36,074 nt of DNA, taken from the NCBI GenBank assembly GCA_964607485.1, contig CAZSKP010000014.1, positions 1-36,074 on the forward strand. Direction: 5' to 3'. Of the stretch, positions 1 to 7,827 are shown piece by piece. The position numbers and the translations under genes were made by a program. This DNA comes from an uncultured bacterium (GTDB taxonomy: Bacteria > Abyssobacteria > SURF-5). The notes beneath the pieces were generated by a model that was not told where the DNA came from, did not search any database, and saw nothing but the letters and a program-made list of their open reading frames with translations. How positions within the stretch are numbered: the first letter of the stretch is position 1; every line of letters begins with the position of its first letter.

Positions 1-58
1 GCTTGGCATATTGTCCGTAAGCTGATAGCAGTTTGACCGATTCCCTCTGCGCTTTGAC

Positions 59-94
59 GAAGGGGAAGACAGAAAGTCTTCCCCTTCTTTTTTT
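59..94 (+). terminator. Rho-independent terminator
   Basis: Perfect 12-bp stem GAAGGGGAAGAC-agaaa-GTCTTCCCCTTC followed by a run of 7 T; ends a plus-strand transcript coming from outside the window. Confidence 0.9.
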
Positions 95-240
95 GTTTCG
101 ACTTTGACTCGGATGACGTGAGAAATCGGTCCTGTGGCGGAAGAGAAATAGCCCCGTGGTGTGTGACTCTGAACGAGGAGAGAAGCGTGAGCTGCGCATG
201 CTCTTCCAGGGGGGACCACGTCGGGTTACACGCAGCAGTC

Positions 241-2166
241 TCAGTTTGGGGTGAGGCCGAGGGTTGGTTCGACTGATGTCCGCTCTTTCTGGCAGTAAGG
301 GCAAAAGCGCCAGCTCTTGTCAAGACTCTGCCCGCACTCCGGACATTTCTCTCTGAGAGCGGAACCGCATGCGGGACACGCCAGGTAGGACTGTTCAACC
401 CGTCCGCCGCAATTTGGACAGATCCCGGATGACACTTCCTCGCCGACGACGACGCTCCAAATCTCGGTCGTGGCGGTTGTGCCGGCTTCAACCTTTTCCA
501 CGAAATCCGCCAGCAGAGGCCGCATTCCGTTCATGACCGCAAGTCTCTGGATGACCGACTCGGGCTCCCGAATCTCGATGGCCTTTCTGATCTCTTCATT
601 GACGGCCAGAAGCTCGCCCACTGCCACGCGCCCTGAGAAGCCCCTCTGCTTGCATTTGGCGCATCCCTCGCCTTTTCTCCACGGGATGCCGGCCGCCTGG
701 GGCAGAACCTTCTCCACCTGGTACACTTGACTTGCAGGCGGCTCGTACGTGACCGAGCAGTCCTCGCAAAGCTTCCTGACGAGACGCTGCGCCAATACGT
801 AGAGGAGCGTCGAGCTCACGAGAAACGGCGGCATGCCAAGGTTAACGAGCCGTGTGACGGCGGAGGGCGCATCATTTGTATGGAGCGTGCTCAGCACGAG
901 GTGACCGGTCATGGCCGCACGAAGGGCGATCTCTGCGGTTTCGGCGTCGCGTATCTCGCCCACCATTATGATGTCGGGGTCCTGTCTCAATATTGATCGG
1001 AGTGTATAGGGAAACGTGAGACCTGCCTTGGGATTGACCTGAATCTGGGTGATTTTGGGTATCTCGTATTCCACCGGGTCTTCGACCGTGACGATGTTGA
1101 CTTTTGGCGTCCTGAGTTCGTGGAGTATTGCATTCAGAGTCGTGCTTTTTCCCGAGCCGGTCGGTCCGGTGAGCAGAACCAGCCCCTGCTTGCGCGCGTT
1201 CAAGCTGCGCATCTGTTCCAACTGAGACTCGTTGAGACCGAGGCCGTCGAGCTTCACATGGCTCTCTTTTCTGCTGAGGACTCTTATGACCACTTTCTCT
1301 CCGAATATCGACGGAAGAGTGGATATGCGAAGGTCGTAAAAGCGGGAGCCGACCGAGATGCGAACCTTGCCGTCCTGAGGCACCCTCTTCTCGGCGATGT
1401 CCATGTCGGCCATGATCTTGATTCTGGACACGACGGCGCCATGAATCCAACGGGGCAGTTGATGCATTTCATAGAGCACGCCGTCTATTCTGTCACGGAC
1501 GATCACTGAATCGGCCTGGGGCTCTATGTGAATGTCGCTGGCATGCTCCTGGATGGCCTCGTTGATGACGATGTTGACTATTCTTATGATAGGCGCCTGC
1601 TGGCTTTGAGTTTTCAGGTCGGTAATGCTTTCCTGCTCTTTTTCAGAGTCGGCGCGCTCCACCACCTGGAACAGCCCGTCCAGTTCGGGAAGCGAATCCG
1701 ATATCTGCGACGCATCATCCCTGCTGTGGTACTTTGTTATCGCAGCGTCTATCTGTTCACGGTCCGCCACGGCGGGCCTGATTTCCAGCTTTGTCATCTG
1801 GTTCAAGTCGTCAATAGCCTGGAGGTTCAAGGGATCGGACATGGCCACGACGAGCTCGGTATCTTCCTGCCGTATGGGCAGGCAACCGTATTTCTTCGAC
1901 AGTTTTTCAGGGAAAAGCCTCACGACCTCCACGTCGATCTCGGTCTTGTCCAAATCAAGGAAGGGGATTTCCAATTGGAATGCGAGCATCTTGAGGAGGT
2001 CGATTTTTGAAACCTTGTCGCTTTCCAGGAGTATCTCGCCGAGTCGTCTCTTGTTTGACAGACGCTGGCTTTGCAGGGCCGCGCGGAGCTCTTCATCCGT
2101 GATGAGACCGTTCTTGACCAGCAACTCGCCGAGCCGGATTCGCATATTCTTCCGTTGCCTCCGCAT
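241..2166 (-). CDS. GspE/PilB-family secretion/pilus assembly ATPase with N-terminal MshEN domain and C-terminal double zinc ribbon
   Basis: RLGELLVKNGLITDEELRAALQSQ MshEN motif, Walker A GPTGSGKS, LRQDPDIIMVGEIRD, His box TGHLVLSTLHTN, CEDC/CAKC, and four extra C-terminal CxxC. Alternative start ATG 2145. Confidence 0.93.
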   Translation of the reverse strand: MRRQRKNMRIRLGELLVKNGLITDEELRAALQSQRLSNKRRLGEILLESDKVSKIDLLKMLAFQLEIPFLDLDKTEIDVEVVRLFPEKLSKKYGCLPIRQEDTELVVAMSDPLNLQAIDDLNQMTKLEIRPAVADREQIDAAITKYHSRDDASQISDSLPELDGLFQVVERADSEKEQESITDLKTQSQQAPIIRIVNIVINEAIQEHASDIHIEPQADSVIVRDRIDGVLYEMHQLPRWIHGAVVSRIKIMADMDIAEKRVPQDGKVRISVGSRFYDLRISTLPSIFGEKVVIRVLSRKESHVKLDGLGLNESQLEQMRSLNARKQGLVLLTGPTGSGKSTTLNAILHELRTPKVNIVTVEDPVEYEIPKITQIQVNPKAGLTFPYTLRSILRQDPDIIMVGEIRDAETAEIALRAAMTGHLVLSTLHTNDAPSAVTRLVNLGMPPFLVSSTLLYVLAQRLVRKLCEDCSVTYEPPASQVYQVEKVLPQAAGIPWRKGEGCAKCKQRGFSGRVAVGELLAVNEEIRKAIEIREPESVIQRLAVMNGMRPLLADFVEKVEAGTTATTEIWSVVVGEEVSSGICPNCGGRVEQSYLACPACGSALREKCPECGQSLDKSWRFCPYCQKERTSVEPTLGLTPN

Positions 2167-2390
2167 TCAGGAGTCGGGCCTGAATGCTTCTTCACGCTCC
2201 CAAATGCCCGAGAGAGTGCACAATTTCGTGCGTCTCGGCAGAGGGCGACGCCAACGTTCAAGCGGCCACTGACCGCTTTCCCTCGCCTGTCTCGAGCCTC
2301 CCACAGCAGCGGCGACCCTCGGAACCGATACGGACCACTACGAACATTGCCGAGAGCGAGGTATGCTACAACATCAGTAGCGACAATATA

Positions 2391-2516
2391 TTATGGAACC
2401 CTCCGCGCCGCCTTCAACCTGCATCCACAGCGACACTGAGCGCGGGGTTCCGCGCACTCTCCGCTCCCATGGTCCATAAGCTCAAAGGCCGGCCCCTCCC
2501 GTACGACCTCGAACAT
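2391..2516 (-). CDS. Putative 41-aa Cys-rich small peptide (not in ORF track)
   Basis: Hand translation MFEVVREGPAFELMDHGSGECAEPRAQCRCGCRLKAARRVP*; AGGAG 9 nt before ATG; sigma-54 consensus just upstream. Confidence 0.4.
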   Translation of the reverse strand: MFEVVREGPAFELMDHGSGECAEPRAQCRCGCRLKAARRVP

Positions 2517-2539
2517 CTGATTTGTCTCCTGACTAAAGG

Positions 2540-2555
2540 GCAAGTCCTGTGCCAA
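2540..2555 (-). promoter_or_regulatory. Sigma-54 (-24/-12) promoter
   Basis: Minus strand TTGGCAC-AGGAC-TTGC matches TGGCAC-N5-TTGC exactly; AT-rich tract upstream (~2571-2590) where IHF commonly binds. Confidence 0.75.
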
Positions 2556-2701
2556 CGCCTATCCAACCGACAAAATAAATTAACTCATAAGCAATGCGGC
2601 CGGGCTTGGCGCAACTTCGGCCGAGAAGCGGCTCGCGCGGCGGGCAGACCATCATCTTCTGCGACATCGCGAACGATGAGACGGCCCCGCCGGCTGGGGT
2701 A

Positions 2702-3442
2702 TCACTCGTCGGTGGAGCGAGCAAGGTAGTACCGGCAGATGTGTCTCAGGCAACACGAGGGACATCGAGGCCGGCGGGCATGACACGTCCTGCGTCCATG
2801 TTCGATGAGGTTGAGATGGAGCGGGTATGCGAGTCCTGCGGGCAGTAGTTCGGCCCAGAGTTTGTGGGCATGTTCGAGGCTTGTGTTGTCGGGAATCAGG
2901 CCGAGCCTCTTTGACACGCGCAGGATGTGCGTGTCCACCGGAAACACGTTCATCCCGCACCCGAACAGCAGCACGCAGTTTACCGTCTTCGGACCGACAC
3001 CCTTGAATCCGCCGAGGGCCGCCGCCGCCCGCTCGGGTTTCATGCGGCAAAGGGAACGGAGCGAAAGCCTGCCCTGGCTCTCGTGAATCCGGGAAAGGAT
3101 GTTCTTTATTCGCCGCGCCTTCGTTCTGGCGAGACCGCCGACGCGAATCGCGTTCTCTATCTGACGAGCGGGGGCAAGTCTTGCCGCGTTCCAATCGTCG
3201 AACCGCTTCTGCAACCGTTCGAAGGCTCTGTGACTGTTGGTGTCGGATGTGTTCTGGGAGAGGATCGTCTGCAGGAGGACAGCCAGCGGGTCGGTCCGCT
3301 CTCGCTTCGGAGGCGGGCCGTATTCCTTGCGCAGCAGTAGCTCAATTGTGCGGACGGTCTTCTTCTTTCCCCCTGGCTTGGAATACACGGAATGGAGGCT
3401 CACGTACTCTTCGACCCCGCCGCTACTGGCGGAGCGCTTCAA
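2702..3442 (-). CDS. nth: Endonuclease III-like HhH-GPD DNA glycosylase with [4Fe-4S] cluster
   Basis: ILSQNTSD, Hh[15 protein letters not shown]-terminal [17 protein letters not shown] (Cx6Cx2Cx5C). Start uncertain (TTG overlapping upstream stop, or GTG 3403). Confidence 0.85.
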   Translation of the reverse strand: MKRSASSGGVEEYVSLHSVYSKPGGKKKTVRTIELLLRKEYGPPPKRERTDPLAVLLQTILSQNTSDTNSHRAFERLQKRFDDWNAARLAPARQIENAIRVGGLARTKARRIKNILSRIHESQGRLSLRSLCRMKPERAAAALGGFKGVGPKTVNCVLLFGCGMNVFPVDTHILRVSKRLGLIPDNTSLEHAHKLWAELLPAGLAYPLHLNLIEHGRRTCHARRPRCPSCCLRHICRYYLARSTDE

Positions 3443-3984
3443 AACAGAAACACGGCTGCTGCAATCACGGTGGTATAGTAATTGCCTTTGATGACGGCCG
3501 ACTGTGTGACGTTGGTCGTCCGAACTATCTCGTTGCTGATCTGGAAGACCTCCTTCTTCTGGTCCCAGCTCTCGTCTTCGTCGAATTCTATTCCCAGAGT
3601 GGAGGCCAGCATGGCGGCCGCGAGGTCTTCGGCATAGTCGCCTGCCACGGTGTCGGTCTGTCCATAGGCATGGTGCTCGCTCAAATATCCGTACATAGAG
3701 CGGTCTTGAGGGACGGCGCAGCCGATGGAGGCGGCGATAAGGCGACGGGGCTCATTGCTGGAGCAGCGCGCCATCACGCAAAAGGTGAGCATCCCCGGTT
3801 TAAGATGCTTTATCCCCTCCCTGCGGCTTATGATCTTGCACTGTGGCGGGAGGATGCTTGAGACGGAGACGAGGTTGCACATCTCGATGTCGGCGTCCCG
3901 CAGCGCCAACTCATAGGAACGAAGCTCCTCTTTGTGAGTGCCATGGCCTTTTGTGAAGAACATTCTCCTGGGAACCAGTTCCAT
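3439..3984 (-). CDS. pdaD: Pyruvoyl-dependent arginine decarboxylase
   Basis: [12 protein letters not shown]...[25 protein letters not shown] with Ser-Ser autocleavage site; [22 protein letters not shown]. Confidence 0.93.
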   Translation of the reverse strand: MELVPRRMFFTKGHGTHKEELRSYELALRDADIEMCNLVSVSSILPPQCKIISRREGIKHLKPGMLTFCVMARCSSNEPRRLIAASIGCAVPQDRSMYGYLSEHHAYGQTDTVAGDYAEDLAAAMLASTLGIEFDEDESWDQKKEVFQISNEIVRTTNVTQSAVIKGNYYTTVIAAAVFLF

Positions 3985-4024
3985 CGGCGTTTCTCCTGCT
4001 TACCATATCCATGTACTGACTATC

Positions 4025-4942
4025 TCACCGACCCGTGAGCACATAGCCCCAAACCTTATACAGAAGCCGCGCTGCCGCGAACTCCGGATGAACCAGCCCG
4101 GCCACGGGCGCAAGCTCGACCAGGTCGAGCCCGACGACCTTCCTTGCCCCAGCCACAGCCCGGAGCAGGCCCAGAACGTCATCCCACAGGAGGCCGCCCG
4201 GCTCGGGGGTGCCCACCGCGGGCATCAAGGGTGGATCGAACACATCGACATCGATGCTGAGGTAAACCTTCGGGCCGAGGCTATCAATCAGGCGCTCTAT
4301 GAGCGCTTCCCGCTCCTTCGAAGCTTGTGCGCCGCGAAACTCATGCGCCCAGAACGTCGCAATCCTGTTCTTCCGGAGCGCGACCGCCTCCGGCTCGCTC
4401 AGGCTTCTGACCCCGGCCTGCACGAGCCGACACGCCTCGGCGATTCGTCTGCCGACGCAGGCGTGGCTGTATCTGTTTCCGCGGTAGCTGTCCCTGAAGT
4501 CGGCATGCGCATCGAGGAAAAGCACGCTCAGTTCCGGATGTATGCGGCTCAGCGCGCGCACCATCCCCAGGCTGACCGTGTGTTCGCCTCCCAGCAGTGT
4601 GACAAACTTGCCGCGCTTCAGGTATCTCGTGGCCACGGCGCTCAGCCGCTCTATCATTTCCTCGGCGTCGTCCACCGTGTCCAGAGGGGGCAGGGTATGG
4701 ATGCCCGCTCTGCAGACTTCGGAGCGAAGTTCCTCATCGTAGAGTTCCATGTTGGTCGAGGCTTCGATTATGGCGCTCGGTCCCTGGCGGCACCCGGCGC
4801 GATAGGTGGTCGAAGCTTCGTAGGGAACGGGCAGGACGACGAACGCGCTTTTTTCGGCTCCGCTCAGACGCGGTGGGAGCGCTCCGAAATTGTGCGAGGG
4901 GTAGAACCAATCCTCACGCGGCCTTTTTGCGGTTCCGCCCAT
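4025..4942 (-). CDS. speB: Agmatinase (ureohydrolase)
   Basis: LGGEHTVS, DAHAD, SHAC, SIDVDVFDP, GTPEPGG. Start moved to ATG 4942, just after the stop of the upstream gene. Confidence 0.92.
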   Translation of the reverse strand: MGGTAKRPREDWFYPSHNFGALPPRLSGAEKSAFVVLPVPYEASTTYRAGCRQGPSAIIEASTNMELYDEELRSEVCRAGIHTLPPLDTVDDAEEMIERLSAVATRYLKRGKFVTLLGGEHTVSLGMVRALSRIHPELSVLFLDAHADFRDSYRGNRYSHACVGRRIAEACRLVQAGVRSLSEPEAVALRKNRIATFWAHEFRGAQASKEREALIERLIDSLGPKVYLSIDVDVFDPPLMPAVGTPEPGGLLWDDVLGLLRAVAGARKVVGLDLVELAPVAGLVHPEFAAARLLYKVWGYVLTGR

Positions 4943-4947
4943 AGCGC

Positions 4948-5979
4948 TTAGTTCTCGGGCCATGCGAGCGGCAGCTCGGGGGCTTTGCGAGACGCTATCA
5001 GCTCTCCGTTCTGCTGAACCAGTGCGTGCACAACCAGAGGCAGAGAAATCGTGGCATCGCAATACGCCGTGACCTTCTTGGCTTTCCGTGCGACCTTTCC
5101 CCACGATTGGGCCTCTTCAAGCGTGCATCCGCTGAGTCCGCCCCAGTGAGGCGGGTCGACCGAAAGTTGAATCGCGTAGGCGTGCCCATGGACGGGATAG
5201 CCCATCAGCGGAGCCGTGACCTCGGTCTGTTGTATGAAGTTTTTCGGCGTGCCGCCGGCCACATATATCACGCCGGTCGCCTTGGCGTCCGCAGCGAGCT
5301 TTGCCGTCTCGCTCACGTCGGAGATGACGTCGAGTTGCGGAATCTTTCCGCCGTTTGTGGCTGCCACTGCAAGCGCTATTCCTATCGACGAGTCGCTGAT
5401 GGCTGGGCAATAGACGGGCACTTTGGCCTCGTATGCCGCCGTGAGTATGCCCTCTTCCTTCCCGCTCTTCGACAACTTTGCTCCGAGAAGGTACAGGAAT
5501 TCGCGCGTGTTCAGTTTTCGGTCGCCGAGAGAGACACCGAAGTCGGCGATGAACTTGTCCGTCTTGAGAAAGGCCCAGTCGTTCGCGAAGACATCGTATA
5601 TCCTATCTATTCCGTGCTCCTTTAATAAGAGATCGTCGGCATATTCGGAGCCTTGGTAATGGAATCCTCCGATGCTCTCATGACAGTCATGGAACAGGTT
5701 GGCGCCGGTGCTCACAAGGCAATCGACCAATCTGTTCTTCACCAAATAGGCCGAGAGCTTTCTCATTCCGGCGGGCACCATGGCTCCCGCCAGACCCAGA
5801 AAGACGGTGGCATTGGCCCTGAGCATATCGGCCCAGATCTCAGCGGCCAGAGCCAGGTTCTTCCCTTGGAAGGCCGTATCGCCCATCCGCCGGAGCAGGT
5901 CGCCCACATCGGACCGAGCATCCACCCGAAGGGATTCAATCGGGTTTTCCAGAAAACCTTTCTCAGCTTTTCTCTTCAC
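4948..5979 (-). CDS. Deoxyhypusine synthase-like protein (probable homospermidine biosynthesis)
   Basis: GLAGAMVPAG, STGANLFHD, DRIYDV, PAISDSSIG, GGTPKNF, GGLSGCTLEEAQSWGK retaining the catalytic Lys; GGAGG before GTG. Confidence 0.9.
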   Translation of the reverse strand: MKRKAEKGFLENPIESLRVDARSDVGDLLRRMGDTAFQGKNLALAAEIWADMLRANATVFLGLAGAMVPAGMRKLSAYLVKNRLVDCLVSTGANLFHDCHESIGGFHYQGSEYADDLLLKEHGIDRIYDVFANDWAFLKTDKFIADFGVSLGDRKLNTREFLYLLGAKLSKSGKEEGILTAAYEAKVPVYCPAISDSSIGIALAVAATNGGKIPQLDVISDVSETAKLAADAKATGVIYVAGGTPKNFIQQTEVTAPLMGYPVHGHAYAIQLSVDPPHWGGLSGCTLEEAQSWGKVARKAKKVTAYCDATISLPLVVHALVQQNGELIASRKAPELPLAWPEN

Positions 5980-6161
5980 AATCCTCCCCCCATCGTCTGT
6001 GAGCCACGGCGCGCTATGTTAACAGAAAATCTTCGCATCGTCAACAGGAAAAGCGGATTCTTTCCCCGCCTGCCCGCCGCCGCTCATTCCCAATCGCGTT
6101 GCGTGAACGTCGAAACCGCATCCATTGCCCCCTCGGCGAAGGCGGGTGCCGTTTCAGACAC

Positions 6162-6191
6162 AAAAATAGCGAAGCCGGGAGCTGGCTTCGC
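6162..6191 (-). terminator. Rho-independent terminator downstream of pilC
   Basis: Minus strand GCGAAGCC-agctccc-GGCTTCGC followed by TATTTTT. Confidence 0.7.
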
Positions 6192-6295
6192 CGTTATTTC
6201 ACTGGCAAAGATAACTACCCTTTATGCTCCCGACAAGCACCTCCCTTTCTGAAGAGGGCAGACTAAAGCACGAATCCGGCGAGAAAAATCTCGGT

Positions 6296-7525
6296 TCAAA
6301 CCAGGTCGCCCATCCTGAAGACCGGCAGATACATCGAGATAACGATGAACCCGACAATGCCGCCGAGCACGACCATCATTGCGGGCTCGAGCATCTGCAA
6401 CAAACCGCCTATGGCGACGTCCACTTCCGCGTCGTAGATGTCGGCGACCTTCAGCAGCATGGAGTCGAGGTTACCCGTTTCCTCGCCCACGTCGATCATG
6501 TTCACGGCCATGGGCGGAAAAGCTCCCGACTCCTCCAGCGGGCCGGCAATCGTCTCGCCTTCTCGGATACTGTCGTGCACCTCGCCGACCGCATTGGCAA
6601 TCACACGGTTGGCGATCGTTTCTTTCACGATGCTGAGAGATTGCAGGATGGGAACTCCGCTGGTGATGAGCGTCCCGAGCGTTCTTGAGAATCGAGCCAC
6701 GCCGATCTTTCTGGTGAGTTGTCCAAACAGGGGCAACCGCAACACGATTCTGTCCCTGATGGAGCGTATAAGCTCGACCTTGAATATCAACTTGATGCCT
6801 ATGAATATCCCCGCACCATAGAGTATTATCTTCAAGGCCGAATTCTTGAGTGCTTCACTCACATTCACCAAAAACTGGGTCGGTGCCGGAAGGGCGCCGC
6901 CGAGGTCGGAGAATATCTCGGCGAACGTCGGAACCACCTTCATGAGCAGGAACGTAACGACGCCGCTCGCGACGAGGAGGACCATGATGGGATATATCAT
7001 GGCGCCCTTCACTTTTCTGGCCAGCGCTTCCCTTCTTTCAGCAAACTCGGCCAGCCTGTTCAGCACGACTTCCAGCATACCGCCGACCTCGCCCGCGCGA
7101 ACCATGTTCACATACAGCTTGTCGAAGGCCTTCGGGTGTTTGGCCAGTCCTTCGGAAAAGGTCGTGCCGCTCTGGACGTCGTTGACCAGTTCGTCCAATA
7201 TGTTCTTCAACTTGCCGGGTTTCTGCTGGTCGTAGAGAATAGAAAGACTGCGCAGAAGAGGGAGGCCCGCGTCGATCAGGGTGGCCAACTGCCGCGTAAG
7301 CAACGTTATCTGCTTCCTCTTCACCGTTCCGCCAATGGCCAGGTTTATACCTTTGGCTTTGCCGCGCTTGCGGCGGGCAAGTTTGCCGGCGTCTTCCTTT
7401 ACCTTTGTCGGGAAATAGCCCAGGCTGCGCACCTGGTTGATGGCGAGAGCCAGGCTGTCGGCCTCGACCATTCCCGTGACTTCCTGTCCCTTTTTGTCGG
7501 TCGCTTGGTACGAAAATATCGCCAT
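6296..7525 (-). CDS. pilC: Type IV pilus / T2SS inner-membrane platform protein (PilC/GspF)
   Basis: MAIFSYQA start, TRQLATLIDAGLPL, NMVRAGEVGGML, AMIYP, RFSRTLGTLITSGVP, VGEETGNLD, LEP, YLPVF. Confidence 0.93.
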   Translation of the reverse strand: MAIFSYQATDKKGQEVTGMVEADSLALAINQVRSLGYFPTKVKEDAGKLARRKRGKAKGINLAIGGTVKRKQITLLTRQLATLIDAGLPLLRSLSILYDQQKPGKLKNILDELVNDVQSGTTFSEGLAKHPKAFDKLYVNMVRAGEVGGMLEVVLNRLAEFAERREALARKVKGAMIYPIMVLLVASGVVTFLLMKVVPTFAEIFSDLGGALPAPTQFLVNVSEALKNSALKIILYGAGIFIGIKLIFKVELIRSIRDRIVLRLPLFGQLTRKIGVARFSRTLGTLITSGVPILQSLSIVKETIANRVIANAVGEVHDSIREGETIAGPLEESGAFPPMAVNMIDVGEETGNLDSMLLKVADIYDAEVDVAIGGLLQMLEPAMMVVLGGIVGFIVISMYLPVFRMGDLV

Positions 7526-7574
7526 GGTTCGCCCCCGTTTTCTTGGGCCGCTAGGTCCCCGCAGTGACATAATA

Positions 7575-7603
7575 AGTATACCATTTGGCACCGTCCAAGT
7601 CAA
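7575..7603 (-). promoter_or_regulatory. Sigma-70 promoter of pilC
   Basis: Minus strand TTGACT-N17-TATACT with extended -10 TG. Confidence 0.7.
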
Positions 7604-7760
7604 GCGGGCAGGCCGCTTTCGCGTACTACGGCTTCTTGGCGCGAAAGAGTCGCTTCGATGGTTCTTGGCCGGGCGTCCAGAGGTGACAGGAGATGCGTTC
7701 AATAACGTCGTCCCCCCACCTTCAGGGCCCTCGGTCAGCCGGTGGATTCCTCGTCGGCAA

Positions 7761-7790
7761 TTGACTCGCCGCTTCCCTTTATGCTAGTTT
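7761..7790 (+). promoter_or_regulatory. Possible sigma-70 promoter of serA
   Basis: TTGACT-N18-TAGTTT with TGn extension. Confidence 0.45.
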
Positions 7791-7827
7791 AACGTGGTAG
7801 TTCTCATGGAGGTATGGGAGAGAGGAT

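Noticed and set aside
1-36. Possible 3' end of a plus-strand CDS (AWHIVRKLIAV*) before the terminator
   Set aside because: Too short to fix the frame or function.
2163-2390. c-di-GMP riboswitch upstream of the pilus ATPase; hairpin GCATTCAGG/CCTGAATGC at 2163-2187
   Set aside because: No GEMM-type conserved motifs recognised; the hairpin alone is not enough to call an RNA element.
2184-2729. 181-aa plus-strand ORF across the intergenic region
   Set aside because: No recognisable motif, TTG/CTG-type start without SD, antisense to the sigma-54 unit.
4943-5104. N-terminal extensions in the ORF track (speB from 5104; likewise pilC 7702, hemW 12046, YfhO 18741, methyltransferase 20810, kinase 31777)
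   Set aside because: They overlap upstream genes or promoters; internal starts fit family N-termini and SD positions better.
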